This document shows positions 13,010 to 26,640 of a DNA stretch of 64,000 bases, piece after piece (positions within the stretch are counted from its first letter, which is position 1; each line of letters begins with the position of its first letter). This stretch comes from Mobula hypostoma. Taxonomy: Eukaryota. A model generated the notes under the pieces. It saw only the letters and a program-made list of their open reading frames with translations. It ran no database searches and was not told the origin of the DNA. The stretch covers positions 15,562,001 to 15,626,000 of the forward strand of contig NC_086124.1 in assembly GCF_963921235.1 (NCBI RefSeq), in the 5' to 3' direction. A program made the translations under genes and the position numbers.

Positions 13010-13110
13010 ATAGTCCTGACGAAGGGTCTCGGCCTGAAACGTCGACTGCACCTCTTCCTGGAGATGCTGCCTGGCCTGCTGCATTCACCAGCAACTTTGA
13101 TGTGTGTTGC
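13010..13110 (+). mobile_element. Short Penelope-like non-autonomous insertion flanked by a 13-bp TSD
   Basis: TTATCATATTTAT at 12997-13009 and 13111-13123. Paralogous blocks near 26815 and 61760 lack the insert. Confidence 0.75.
13011..13048 (+). ncRNA. Minimal type I hammerhead ribozyme motif
   Basis: Stem I tagtc/gactg, core CTGACGA, stem II agggtctcggcct, GAAAC, then GTC cleavage triplet (predicted cut after 13043). Confidence 0.7.
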
Positions 13111-13987
13111 TTATCATATTTATCTTGTTTACATGTTCCTAAATAGCAGAGATTCATTTAATCCCACTTTCACGGAATGTTACAACACTATAACAGGCCA
13201 TTTGGCCCTTCACATCTATATCAACTACAAAGAGCCCATCCATATTAATTCCTTCTTCCAGCACTTAGCCTGGCAATTCAAGTGTTTGATGAGACATTTC
13301 TGAAATCCCATCAGTAACACTGCTTTCACTGCTGTCTCTGGTACTCCAGGTACTAACTATTGTCTGGGCAAACAGGTCCTCCTCAGATCCTCTTTCAACC
13401 TCTGACCCCCTCAACCTAACCCCATGTCCAGCAGTTTCATCCACTCATGATATGGGGAAAAGCTCTCTGCAACCTATCCTATCTCTACCCCTCCTCATAA
13501 TTTTCTATACCTAAATCACCTCCCCTCATTAGCAGGGTATACTACTGTGTACTGGGTCCAATTTTAATTGTCATCTATGTCAATGATCTGGATGATAATA
13601 TTATAAAATGGATCAACAAATTTGAGAATGGCACCATGATTGGGGTGTAGTGGACAACAAGGAAGGCCATTGAAGCTTGCAGTGTGATCTGGGAATACAG
13701 ACCCATTATTCCTTGAAAGTGCTGTCACAGGTAGCAAGGAATGTAAAGAGAGCTGTAGGCATATTGGCCTTCATAAATCAAAACAATGAGTACAGGAGTT
13801 GGGGTGTTATGTTGAAGTTGTAAAATTCATTAATGAGGTCAAGTTTGGAGTATTGTGTACAGTTCTGGCCACCTATCTACAGCTAACTGTCTGTCCCAGA
13901 AAATGTTTGAAACTGTAACCACAGAGAGAATAAATGCACATTTCCAAAATTTCCAACAATCAGGCAAAGTGAAGAGGGTTTTGTGAA

Positions 13988-16410
13988 ATGGGAGATAGAA
14001 AATGCATGCCAAAAGGGCAATGTTACAATAGTCATGAGGGATTTCAATATGCAGGCAGAGTGGGGAAATCAGATTGGTGCTGGTTTACAGGAGGTTGAAT
14101 TTCTAAAGTACATAGCTCATGGTTGAGCCTGCTATGGGATCAGCTATTCTGGATTGGGGGTTATGCCATGAACCAGAACTGATTTGAGATTTAAAGTAAA
14201 AGAACCCTTGGGGCAAGTGATCATAATATGAACAAATTCACCCTGAAATTTGAGTAGGAAAAGCTGAAGTCAGATATATCAGTATTACAGTGGAGTAAAG
14301 AGAGTTACAGAGGCATGGCTATAATTGATTGGGGAAAAAAAAACACTGGCAGGAATGATGGCAAAGCAGCAATGGCTGCAATTTCTGAAAGCAATTCAGA
14401 AGGCACAAGGTATATAAACTCTGAGGAGGAAGAAGAATTCTAAAAGAAAGACGACACAACCATAGCTAACAAGAGAAGTCAAAATCACCATCAAACCCGA
14501 AGAGAGGGCAAAATTTAGAGGGAAGTTAGAGGATTGGGAAGCTTTTAAAAACCAACAGAAGGCAACAAAAAAAATCATTAAGGTAAAGATGAAATATGAA
14601 AATATGCTAGCCAATAACATTAAGGAGGATACCAAAAGTTTCTTCAGATACATAAAGTGGAAAGTAGAGGCGACAGATATCAGGTCGCTGGAAAACAATG
14701 CTGGAGAGGTAGTAATAAGGGAAAAATAAATAGCAGTCAAACTGAGTAAATATTTTTCATCAGTCTTCACTGTTGAAGACTCTTGCAGTACGGTGGAAGT
14801 TCCAGGTGTCATGAAGTGTGCGAATTTACCTAAACTGAGAGAAGGTTCTTAGGAAACTGTAAGATCTGAAGGTTGATAAGTCACCTGGACCAGATGGTGC
14901 ACACCCCAGTGTTCGGAAAGAGGCATGAGTAATGACCTTTCAAGAATCACTAGATTCTGGAAGACTGGAAGATTCCAAATGTCACTCCACTCTTCAAGAA
15001 GGGAGAGAGGCAGAAGAAAGGAACCCATAGGCCAGTTACTTTGACCTCAGTGAAGATGTTGGAGTCGATTTTTAAGGATGAGGTGTCAGGGTACTTGGAG
15101 GCACATGATAAAATAGGTTGTAGTCAGTAAGGTTTCCCCAAGGGAAAATCTTGCCTGACAAATCTGTTGGAATTCTTTGAAGAAATAACAAGCAGGATAG
15201 ACAAAGGAGAATTGGTTGATGTTGTGTACTTGGATTTTCAAAAAGCATTTGGCAAAGTGCTACACATGATGCTGCTTAACAAGCTATGAATTCATGGTAG
15301 CACAGGAAAAATTCTGGCATAGATAAAGCAGTGTCTGATTGGCCGGGGGAAAGAGCGGGAATAAAGGGAGTCTTTTCTGCTTGGCTGCTGGTGTTCCACA
15401 GGGGTCTGTTTTGGGATCAATTCTTTTTACATTGTATTTCAATGATTTGGATGATGAAATTGATGGCTTTGTTGCAAAGCTTGCAGACAATATGAAGATA
15501 GGTGGAGAGGCAGGTAGGCTTGAGGAAGTTGAGAGGCTACAGATGGACAGACAGATTAGGAGAATGGGCAAAGAAATGGCAGATGGAATACAGCGTTGGG
15601 AAGTGTATGGTCATGCACTTTGGCAGAAGAAAATGAAAGAATTTACTTTTTAATAAGTGGAGTAAAAATACAAAAAAACTGAGGTGCAAGGGGACTTGGG
15701 AGTCCTTGTGCAGGATTCCCTCTCAAAGTTAATGTGGAGGTTGAATCTGTGGTGAGGAAAACAAATGTGGTGTTAGCATTCATTTCAAGAGGACTGGAAT
15801 ATAAAAGCAAGGATGCAATGTTGAAATGTTACAAAACACTGGTGAGGCCTCACTTGGTGTACTGTGAGCTGTTTTGGGCCCCTTAACTTAGAAAAGATGT
15901 GTTGAAACTGGAGAGGTTTCAAAGGAGGTTCACAAAAGTGATTCCAGGATTGAATGGTTTGTTATATGAAGAACATTGGATGGCTCTGGGCCTGTATTCA
16001 CTAGAATTCAGAATCATGAAGGACGACCTCATTGAAACCTATCAAATAGTGAAAGGTGTTGACAAAGTGGACATGAAGAGGATGTTTCCTGTGGAGGGAG
16101 AACCTAAGACCAGAGGACACAGCCTCAGAATAAATGGGTGTCCTTTTATAATGGAGAAGAGGAGGAATTTCTTGAGCCAGTGAGTGGTGAATCAGTGGAA
16201 TTCTTTGCCACAGGCAGCTGTGGAGACTAAGTCTTCATGGATAATTAAGACAGAGTTGATAGATTCTTGATTGGTCAGGGCATGTAGGGAGACAATGAGA
16301 AGGCAGGACATTAGGGCTGAGAGGAAAACTGGATCAGCCATGATGAAATGACAGAGCAGAACTGATGGGCCAAATGGCCTACTTCTGCTCCTATATCTTA
16401 AGGTCTTATG
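13988..16410 (+). mobile_element. CR1 LINE, 5'-truncated, degenerate ORF2 plus 3' tail
   Basis: Endonuclease and RT motifs ([15 protein letters not shown]). An empty site is visible in the paralogous block at about 60930-60945 (minus strand). Confidence 0.88.
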
Positions 16411-16794
16411 AAGTGATTTCACATTTAACAAATACATTTGAATCTTCAAATAGTAGGAGCATAAGCTGTGGGTTGCACTGAACTGAGACGTCCATTTGTT
16501 AAGCTGCTCTTTCACAGCTCACTGATCTCTGAACTTACTGGTGACAAAGAGAGATAGGAACTTAAGTAGTGAAGATGGGGGAAGGAGGGGATATTATGGG
16601 AGGAAGTGAGATTGTACATTTCGGCAGGAAAAATATACAATAAATCATGTTCTCTAAATGCTGAGAGATAGCAGGTCGTTTTCTGATAAAGAGGCTTTGG
16701 CTTGAAATGTTTACTCTGTTTCTCAGTCTTCAGTTGCTGCGTTTTACTTAAATTTCAGAACTCTGGTCTTCACGTTCGTTCTTTTTCCAGAGGA

Positions 16795-17050
16795 ACATTC
16801 GTTTAGAACAGAGATGAGGAGGAATTTCTTTAGCCAGAGGGTGGTGAATCTACAGAATTCACTGCCACGGATGGCTGTGGACGCCAAGTTCTTGCGTATA
16901 TTTAAAGTGGAGGTTGATAGGTTCTTGATTAGTCGGTTCTTCAAAGATAATAGGGAGAATGGGTTGAGAGGGATAATAAATCAACTATGATGGAATGGGG
17001 GAGAAGATCAACGGGTTGAATGGCCTAATTCTTCTCCTATATCTGATGAT
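16795..17050 (+). mobile_element. CR1 3' end fragment
   Basis: Matches the 3' ends of other CR1 copies. Confidence 0.75.
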
Positions 17051-17377
17051 TTGGTGTTAATTTTCGGAAAATTGTGTACAAATCTGAAGAGGTTTTGCGT
17101 CAGTTATCGGGGGTGGGGGTGGGGGTTAGGTAGTAACGTTACAGTTTGTATTCCGTTGTGGCTAAACCGTTGAAAAGTCGCGGTTACTAATCTGGTAAAA
17201 TAAGAGACCATTCTCTGCTTGGCCATCCCTCTGACTCTGTCTGCACCTCTTCCCGCCCCGCCTCTCTCTCTCTCGCACAGTCTGTCTCCACCCCCCTCCC
17301 GCCCGTCACTCTCTCTGCGCATAGTCCGTCACTTTGTCTCCGCCCCTTCCCGCCTCTCTAGATTTCTGCGCCGTTCT

Positions 17378-17404
17378 CGGGCAGGTCGGGGCGCTGTGTA
17401 TAAA
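17378..17404 (+). promoter_or_regulatory. H4 core promoter (GGTC element plus TATA)
   Basis: gggcaggtcggggcgctgtgtataaa is conserved upstream of all three H4 genes (also at about 31180 and 62030). Confidence 0.7.
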
Positions 17405-17451
17405 CGGAGTCAGCAACAGTCTTCGTCAGTGAGCAACAGCGTCTGTGGTGA

Positions 17452-17772
<321 letters not shown>

Positions 17773-17801
17773 GGAACTCCTGATTCTGAACACAACACAA
17801 A

Positions 17802-17843
17802 GGCTCTTTTAAGAGCCACCCACCACCTCACAGAGAGAGCAGT
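17802..17843 (+). terminator. Histone 3' stem-loop plus HDE (H4)
   Basis: GGCTCT-TTTA-AGAGCC, ACCCA, then cagagagagcag. Confidence 0.95.
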
Positions 17844-18714
17844 GACCCGGAGCAGAAATAGATGCCTTTGGAATAATTTATCGGTGAAACAAACCTTGTG
17901 CTTGTCCGTAGTTTATTTTAAGCGAATCCCTTACGTTACAGAAGAGGTATAGATGATGGTTGATAGTGAAAATTACCAAAGTGACGAGGTATTTATAGAC
18001 AGGTGAATTGAGCGGTACAAGCTATATGCGAGCGTAGGGAGTTAATCTAAATCGGCATCATGGACGGGGCAAACATGGGTCAAAAGTCTGCTCCCCTGCA
18101 TTACACTGTTCTATTCAAATCGGCATCAACCCACATTTAGCAGTCTCCCGCAGAAAACCTCAGCTCCGAAACGATTCAGTAAACTCGGCTTGTTTAGAAA
18201 ATAAATACAGCAATTTTAATTAAAAGGTTTGGATAACTCCCTCAAAAACCATTCCCTGTGACAATGATATGTTTGGGTTATTCGAAATGGAAAAAGCAGC
18301 CTACCATTTCGGACTGGCTGAATGTCAGACCAGCCAGTCACACACATCTGTACCTGGGCAAAGATGATGCCAACTCACCCGTCGTGGTTGTTCTGGAAGG
18401 GGCGGCTGTTTGAATTCGACAGCAGATATGAAGCCGATCGCAGTGCTGGGGCTCTGTAATAGACACGGCCAGGACGGACATTCACTTCCAACAGTCGGCG
18501 GAGAACCCAGCCTCGACATTTCAGACTGAGCACCCACCGTTAACCCTTTCGTTTTGCACTAGTAAGGAATTTCAATGGACCCTGCCTGCTAGTTGGTACA
18601 ATCTAATCCGAACCTTTGCCCCGCGCTCATAGAATCCGCACAGTAGCTCTTTCACAGACTCTGTGAGCGGCTCTGAAAAGAGCCTTTGGGTCACTGGGTT
18701 CAGATTCTGTGTCT

Positions 18715-19263
<549 letters not shown>

Positions 19264-19624
19264 TCAAGAAACAGTAGCAGAGGCGTGGAAAATAACCTTT
19301 TACTCCCCTAAAATGAACTGAAATTTGACACAGCCCGCCAAAATCTTTGTTTAAACCTCATCTGAAATGAAGTCTTTCCAGTTCTATTTATCGACTACGC
19401 ATTCACCCATTACTGAAGTCAGCCACATTTAATATAAGTGTAGCTATTATTGTAACAGTGTCTGGCTATTTAATTCGCCGACTTCTTTCAACGGATGAAC
19501 GTTCAGAATAAAAATCGATTCTCAGCTTCTGTTCGCGGTCATTGCATGAACGGCATCGGTTTATGAATGAGTTGCTCTTTTCAAACTGCGACTTGACTTT
19601 AGTCTACAGTTTTCCTAATGTAAA

Positions 19625-20490
19625 GAGAGACAGGGAAGTTAAAGCTAAGGAGAGGGCATATAATAGAGCAAAAAACAGCGGGAAGTTACAAGATTGGAAA
19701 GCTTTAAAGAACAACAGAAGGGAACCGAATCCATAGAGGTGGAACCCTAAAATGGGATTGCCAAAAATCCTGAAGAGGATACCAAAAGTTTCTTCAGATA
19801 TATAAAGAGTAAAAGAGAAGCTGACGGTGACTAGTGGTGTTTCTTGGGGATCTGTGTTTGGACTGCTTTCCTTTATGTTATATGTCAATGATTTGAATGA
19901 TGGAATTGATCGCTTTGTGCCAAGTTTGTGGATGATACAAAGGTAGGTGGAGGGGCGAGTAGTGTTGCAGAAGCAGAGAGTCTGCCGAAGGATTTAGACA
20001 GATTAGGAGAATGGGCAAGGAAGTGGCAGATGGAGTACAGCGTCAGGAAGTCTTTGGTTGTGAACTTTGGTAGAAGAAGTAAAAGCATAACCTATTTCTA
20101 AATGGGAGAAAATTCAAAAATCGGAGATGCAGAGGGACTTGGGAATCATCGTGCAGGATTCCCTAACGATTAATTTGCAGCTTGAGTCGGTGGCGAGGAA
20201 GACTTTATAAGGAATCGGTAAGGCCTCACTTGGAGTGCAGTGAGCAGTTGTGGGACCATTATCAAAGAAAAGATGTGCTGATATCGTAGAAGTTTCAAAG
20301 GAGATTCAAAAAATAATAATAATTCTGGGATAGAAAGGCTTCCAGTATGAAGAGCATTTGAAGTCTCTGAGCCTCGACTTACTGGAATTCAGAAGAATGA
20401 GTAAACCTCATTGAAAATATCAAATGTTAAAAGGCCTTGATAGAGTGAATATGAGGAGCAAGTTTCCTCTGGCGGGGGAGTATAAGACTA
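19625..20490 (+). mobile_element. CR1 fragments (duplicated at 33365-34230)
   Basis: RT remnants; near-identical to the second copy. Confidence 0.8.
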
Positions 20491-20655
20491 GCTGAAGCCC
20501 GTTTGAGTATCTGAAGGGACCGCTGCTCGGATTCTGGTTGTACTTCATCCCTGTGCTCCTCATACATGGGCACCCAGCGAGGAGGATCTACTGGTGCGCT
20601 TGCTCCTGGGCCAATCAAGAAACAGTACCCAGAAGTGCAGAAAATAACCCTTTTG

Positions 20656-21435
20656 TAAATGAGGTTTCGGAAGCAAGGATCAGATGGGTCTATTGAGGAT
20701 TATAGGGTAGCAAGAAAGGAGCTTAAGAAGGGGCTGAGAAGAGCAAGAAGGGGGCATGAGAAGGCCTTGGCAAATAGGGTAACAGAAAACCCCAAGGCAT
20801 TCTTCAACTATATGAAGAACAAAAGGATGACAGGAGTGAAGTTAGGACAGATTAGAGATAAAGGTGAGAAGATGTGCTTGGTAGCTGCGGAAGTGAGCGA
20901 GGTCCTCAATGAATACTTCTCTTCGGTATTCACCAATGAGAGGGAACTTGATGACGGTGAGGTTGATGTTCTGGAGCATGTTGATGTTAAGGGAGAGGAG
21001 GTGTTGGAGTTGTTAAAATACATTAGGACGGGTAAGTCCCCAGGGCGTGATGGAATATTCCCCAGGCTGCTCCAAGAAGCGAGGGAAGAGAATTTTGAGC
21101 CTCTGGCTAGGATCTTCATGTCCTCATTGTCCACTGGAACAATACTGGAGGATTGGAGGGAGGCGAATGTTGTCCCCTTGTTCAAAAAAGATAGTAGGGA
21201 TAGTCCGGGTAATTATACACCAGTGAGCCTTACGTCTGTGGTGGGAAAGCTGTGGGAAAAGATTCTTAGAGATAGGATCTCTGGGCATTTAGAGAATCAT
21301 GGTCTGATCAGGGACAGTCAGCATGGTTTTGTGAAGGGCAGATCATGTCTGAAAAGCCTGATAGTGTCCTTTGAGGAGGTGACCAGGTATATAGATGAGG
21401 GTAGAGCAGTGGATGTGATCTATATGGATTTTAGT
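20656..21435 (+). mobile_element. CR1 ORF2 segment (young subfamily)
   Basis: Open 272-codon frame with KSPGRDGI, SQHGFVKGRSC and VDVIYMDFS. Confidence 0.9.
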
Positions 21436-23410
21436 ACCCTCTGTACCCTTTCCAATGTTTCCACATCCTTCCTGTAGTGAGGAAGCCAGAACTGGACACA
21501 GTATTACAAGTGTGGCCTAACCAGAGTTTTATAGAGTTGCTTCATTACCTCATGACTCTTAAACTCTATCCCTCAACTTATGAAAGTTAACACCCCATAA
21601 GCTTTCTTAACTACCCTATCTACCTGTGAGGCAACTTTCAGGGATCTGTGGACATGTACCCCCAGATCCCTCTGCACCTCCACACTACCAAGTATCCTGC
21701 CATTTACTTTGTACTCTGCCTTGGAGTTCGTCCTTCCAAAGTATACCACCTCACACTTCTCCGGGTTGAACTCCATCTGCCACTTCTCAGCCCACTTCTG
21801 CATCCTATCAATGTCTCTCCGCAATATTTGACAATCCTCTACACTATCTACAACACCACCAACCTTTGTGTCATTTGCAAGCTTGCCAACCCACCCTTCT
21901 ACCCCCACATCCAGGTTGTTAATAAAAATCACAAAAAGTAGAGGTCCCAGAACAGAGCCTTGTGGGACACCACTAGTCACAACCCTCCAATCCGAATGTA
22001 CTCCCTCCATCACGACCCTCAGCTTTCTGCAGGCAAGTCAGTTCTGAATCCACCTGGCAAACTTCCCTGGATCCCATGCCTTCTGACTTTCTGAATAGGC
22101 CTACCGTGTGGAACCTTGTCAAATGCCTTACTAAAATACATGTAGATCACATCCAGTGCACTACCCTCATCTATATGCCTGGTCACCTCCTCAAAGAACT
22201 CTATCAGGCTTGTTAGACATGATCTGCCCTTCACAAAGCCATGCTGACTGTCCCTGATCAGACCATGATTCTCTAAATGCCCAGAGATCCTATTTCTAAG
22301 AATCTTTTCCAACAGCTTTCCCACCACAGACGTAAGGCTCACTGGTCTATAATTACCCGGACTATCCGTACTACCTTTTTTGAACAAGGGAACAACATTC
22401 GCCTCCCTCCAATCCTCCGGTACCATTCCCATGGACAACGAGGACAAAAAGATTCTAGCCAGAGGCTCAGCAATCTCTTCCCTCGCCTCGTGGAGCAGCC
22501 TGGGGAATATTCCGTCAGACCTCGGGGACTTATCCGTCCTAATATATTTTAACAACTCCAACACCTTCTCTCCCTTAATATCATCATGCTCCAGAACATC
22601 AACCTCACTCATATTGTCCTCACCATCAAGTTCCCTCTCATTGGTGAATACCGAAGAGAAGTGTTCATTGAGGACCTCGATCACTTCCACAGCCTCCAGG
22701 CACATCTTCCCACCTTTATCTCTAATCTGTCCTACCTTCACTCCTGTCATCCTTTTGTTCTTCACATAATTGAAAAATGCCTTGGGGTTTTCCTTTACCC
22801 TACTTGCCAAGGCCTTCTCATGCCCCCTTCTTGCTCTCCTCAGCCCCTTCTTAAGCTCCTTTCTTGCTTTCCTATATTCCTCAATAGACCCATCTGATCC
22901 TTCTTCCTAAACCTCATGTATGCTGCCTTCTTCTACCTGACTAGATTTTCCACCTCACTTGTCACCCATGGTTCCTTCATCCCACCCTTCTTTATCTTCC
23001 TCACCAGGACAAATTTATCCCTAACATCCTGCAACAGATCCCTAAACATTGACCACATAGCCATAGTACCTTTCCCTGCAAAAACATCATCCCAGTTCAC
23101 ACCCGCAAATTCTAGCCTTATAGCCTCCTAATTTGCCCTTCCCCAATTAAAAATTTTCCTGTCCTCTCTGATTCTATCCTTTTCCATGATAATGCTAAAG
23201 GCCAGGGAGCGGTGGTCACTGTCCCCCAGATGCTCACCCACTGAGAGATCCGTGACCTGACTCGGTTTGTTAACTAGTACTAGATCTAGTATGGCGCTCC
23301 CCCTAGTCGGCCTGTCAACATACTATGACAGGAATCTGTCCTGGACACACTTAAACTCTGCCCTGTCTAAACCCTTGGAAATAATCTGGTGCCAATCAAT
23401 ATTAGAGCAG
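21436..23410 (-). mobile_element. CR1 ORF2 segment, inverted relative to 20656-21435
   Basis: ORFs 22019-22810 and 21573-22013 carry RT motifs ([21 protein letters not shown]). Confidence 0.9.
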
Positions 23411-23689
23411 TTAGGGAATGAGCTGCCAGAAACACTGGTTGAGGCAGGCACCTGAGCAACCTTTTAAAAACCGACTTGAGAAGAGCAACCCATCCGTAAG
23501 CTGATGTGTTTCCACAAAGAACCAGAAATTCTTAAAGTCTGTCGTGGAACAATTAATTTACATTCTGTATGGACAGAAGTGGAGTAGTCATGCAGGGAAT
23601 CCGTGTTCATACAGAGATCTGTAATTGATTTATATTGTAGACCATTTATTTATTTATTGGTGGGCTTTTCAAATTTCAGAGTTTTTGGT

Positions 23690-24040
23690 GACTGACTGTT
23701 ATTTTCCGCGCTTCTCTTGCTGCCGCTGATCATTGGAGAACCGGACAGCTCGCTCATTCGGTTATTCCAGATAACCAATCTGAGAAAGCGTTGCACCACC
23801 AATCGTAAGTACCCTTCCTCATTCCCCCAGAAGCTAGAAAAAGGGTGAATCCGGAAGCTTTCGCCATTCTTTGTGAAGGACTTTGCAAGAGTGAGTGAAT
23901 GAGGAAAAGCAGGTGGTAAGGCGAAGAGCGGTGTGCCGGGCAGGACTGTGGTTCCAGGTGGGCCGTGTTCACAGGTTCATGAGAAAGGGAAATTAATGAG
24001 GAAATTCTCTTGGGCTCGCCCCGGTACTTTCTGGAGCAAT
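23690..24040 (+). pseudogene. H2A: Decayed H2A promoter and 5' coding fragment
   Basis: CCAAT boxes, then a ccggaagctttcgccattct leader like the H2A genes, then gccgggcaggactg..gtgggccgtgttcacagg..agaaagggaaat..gccccggt, with indels. No 3' half. Confidence 0.7.
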
Positions 24041-24707
24041 ACAGGTGACAAAAATAAATTCTCCAACTAACTTCAGCCCCCACAATATGCAAATGCCGCC
24101 AAGATTATAATTGTATCCATTAATCAAAAATAAAAATAGATGTATGAACAGGATTTCACCGTCAGATTCCACACTCATTTACGATAAAGACCGTGTGTGG
24201 ATTCGTCACATAAAAGAGATTTAATGTTGCCCCACTTCCCAAATCCACTTGTAATCTATTGGAATAAAGGCTGATTCACAGAATGCAACCAATTTAGTCC
24301 AATATGTAGACGCATCAGCTTGTCGTCGTGTCACCACTGAAAAACTGCAGTCGGAGCAGAGTCTGTCGGTTCTGTGAAAGGACTCGAGTGAATCTATTGT
24401 GATCGCAGGTTGAAATACAATTCAAGCCATTTATAACACGGGTGTATTCACAGTAACAGCTAACATCTTCACTTCAATCCGCTCTAGGTGTAAAACTTTG
24501 TGTGAAAACTGAGTGAGCAAAATTTCCGCGTTTGGGCGCGAACGGCATTGTAGAGCAATGAAAGAATACGCAACATAAAAATTAATGTAATTACATCTAA
24601 TGCCAGGCTTGTAGCGATCCAATATAGAATTATTAGTACAACTCTTTAACCGAAACTGTGAGTGGCTCTTAAAAGAGCCGTTGGGTTTTTCTTAGTACTC
24701 AGTCGCT

Positions 24708-25079
24708 TCACTTGGAACTAGTGTACTTGGTCACCGCTTTGGTTCCTTCCGACACAGCGTGCTTGGCCAGTTCTCCGGGCAGCAGCAGGCGCACGGCGGT
24801 CTGGATCTCCCGAGAAGTGATGGTCGATCGTTTGTTGTAATGAGCCAGGCGGGAAGCCTCCCCAGCGATGCGCTCGAAAATGTCGTTCACGAACGAGTTC
24901 ATGATGCTCATGGCCTTGGAGGAGATGCCGGTGTCAGGGTGAACTTGCTTCATTACCTTATAAACGTAAATGGAATAAGTCTCCCTCCTCGCCCTCCTGC
25001 GTTTCTTGCCAGCCTTGCCTTGCGCTTTGGACACGGCTTTCTTGGCGCCCTTCTTGGAAGACTTCGACGGCTCAGGCAT
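24708..25079 (-). CDS. H2B: Histone H2B (divergent N-tail type)
   Basis: 123-aa ORF, stem-loop 24664-24679, TATTTAAA, octamer-like ATTAGCAT at 25158-25165, CCAAT boxes. Confidence 0.97.
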   Translation of the reverse strand: MPEPSKSSKKGAKKAVSKAQGKAGKKRRRARRETYSIYVYKVMKQVHPDTGISSKAMSIMNSFVNDIFERIAGEASRLAHYNKRSTITSREIQTAVRLLLPGELAKHAVSEGTKAVTKYTSSK

Positions 25080-25961
25080 TTCCTCACTCAGCTTTAGACA
25101 CAGAAATGAATGTAATAACTTGGAACGCGGTTTAAATAGGCAGTGTGTCCCCGCCCTATGCTAATGAGGAATCGGTAAAAGCAGATTCCCATTGGTAAAT
25201 TTGGACGAATGAACGTTAGCATTTCAGTCTAACGCTTTGATTGGGCAATGTGAACTGGCGAAACACATCACAGGGTGACACATTCGCAGGGTTTATTGCT
25301 TAAATAAGACAAGAGGATATAAACTTGGTTATCCTATATTGGCAACAGTAATAGAGTGTTGGGAGTACTTCATTCGTAAGGTCTTCAGTTTTGGGCGGAA
25401 AGGAAATGAACGGACACAAAATATTGTCTTTTTATCAATGTGGAATATGATCCTAGTGTATCTCTTGCTCTCCCTCCATGATATCCCCCTTGGCCTGTGG
25501 TTGATTTCAGTCTTTGAGAAAAGATCAAGATGAAGAATGATTGTACATCAGCAGTACATGTAGTTCAGCGTTATGTGCAAGGCAGTCATGGATTCTTACA
25601 CTACAAAGATGGTTTGAAAGATCAGGGTTTTCTGTTTATGTTCCAAAGTTTCAGGTGATTATAAAGAAGATTATTAGTTAAAATATCAGAATTCACGTCT
25701 GGGATATTTTCTATTATTTTAGCCTGCCCTGATTCTGTACTTCTGTGCTTTGATTAGTTTTCAGTTTTGTTCATTATGTGAGGACATGAATGACATTGGT
25801 GATCAGTCTTTCCATAATCATGATTGCTCTTCGCAATTTTCTCCACAGAAGTAGTTTATCGTTACCTTCATCTGGGCAGTGTCTTTACAAGTTTCGGTTT
25901 TGACATCGATTAAAACAGGTATATCGAATCATAGGCCAAACATTATTTTTGGTTTCGTTGA

Positions 25962-26312
25962 GGTTGCTGTTGTTGTTGTTCGTCCTTCGTAGTCGAAGAT
26001 GATCATGGCTTCAAAGTCAAATGGGAGATTGGCGGCTCTGGGTCCGGAGGTGACTGATGAGGCCAATCCGGGCCCTGAAGGCTCGCCCACATGTGGGACA
26101 CAAGTGGGTGGGTGCTGTTGTGGCAGTGGATGCTGCTCGGGCCTTGCGCACAGCACGCTTTCGTTGCGCCTCGATGATGCGCCTGACTTCAGCTGCACGG
26201 GCTCCTGTGGTGAACTTGCTGTGCCAAGCTGGACGGTCGAGGGCAAGCGTCTCCCACGTGTTGATGTCGACACCCAGGCCTTTGCGGGACGCTTTCAGGC
26301 AGTCTTTGTCTT
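25962..26312 (-). mobile_element. RTE-clade LINE 3' end
   Basis: KDCLKAS..INTWETLALDRPAW...CPTCGRAFRARIGLISHLRT and a (CAA)n tail. Confidence 0.8.
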
Positions 26313-26329
26313 TGCAGGAGGCAAAGAGT

Positions 26330-26640
26330 GTGAATAAAGGGGGCCTTTTCTGGGTGCCCAACTCTTTTAGTAGTGCTTTCAATTCTGTTAGGAAAATTAT
26401 TATCACTATCCTTAAAACAGGAAGTTTTCCAGATGCCCTCAAAACTGCGACCGTCAGACCTCCACGAAAAAGCCAAACCTCAACAGTGAGTTACTAGCTA
26501 ACTGCAGGACTTTCTCAAAATTTCCCTTCCAGGGTAAGATTCTTGAGTAAGTAATATTCAGATAACCCAACATTCTGAATGAGAACAATATTCACGAAAA
26601 TTTCAGACAGGCCCTCACAAAATCTGTCAGAAACCTTAGA
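26330..26640 (+). mobile_element. L2-like RT fragment
   Basis: Remnant ILKTGSFPDALKTATVRP. Confidence 0.5.

Noticed and set aside
16680-16745. Additional hammerhead cores here and at about 60590-60640 and 12840-12875
   Set aside because: The catalytic box is mutated or missing (CTGATAA, CAGATGA, truncated), so they are counted only as decayed family members.
17108-17130. G-quadruplex-like G-runs upstream of H4 (also at 6770, 29650, 39530 and 40566)
   Set aside because: These low-complexity tracts are not conserved in paralogous promoters.
18480-18600. Possible tRNA, snRNA, RNase P or telomerase RNA identity for the H4-H2A spacer module
   Set aside because: Only very short matches were found (e.g. 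AGTAAGGAA, TTCAGAC), with no cloverleaf, Sm site or telomeric template. It is kept as an unidentified element.
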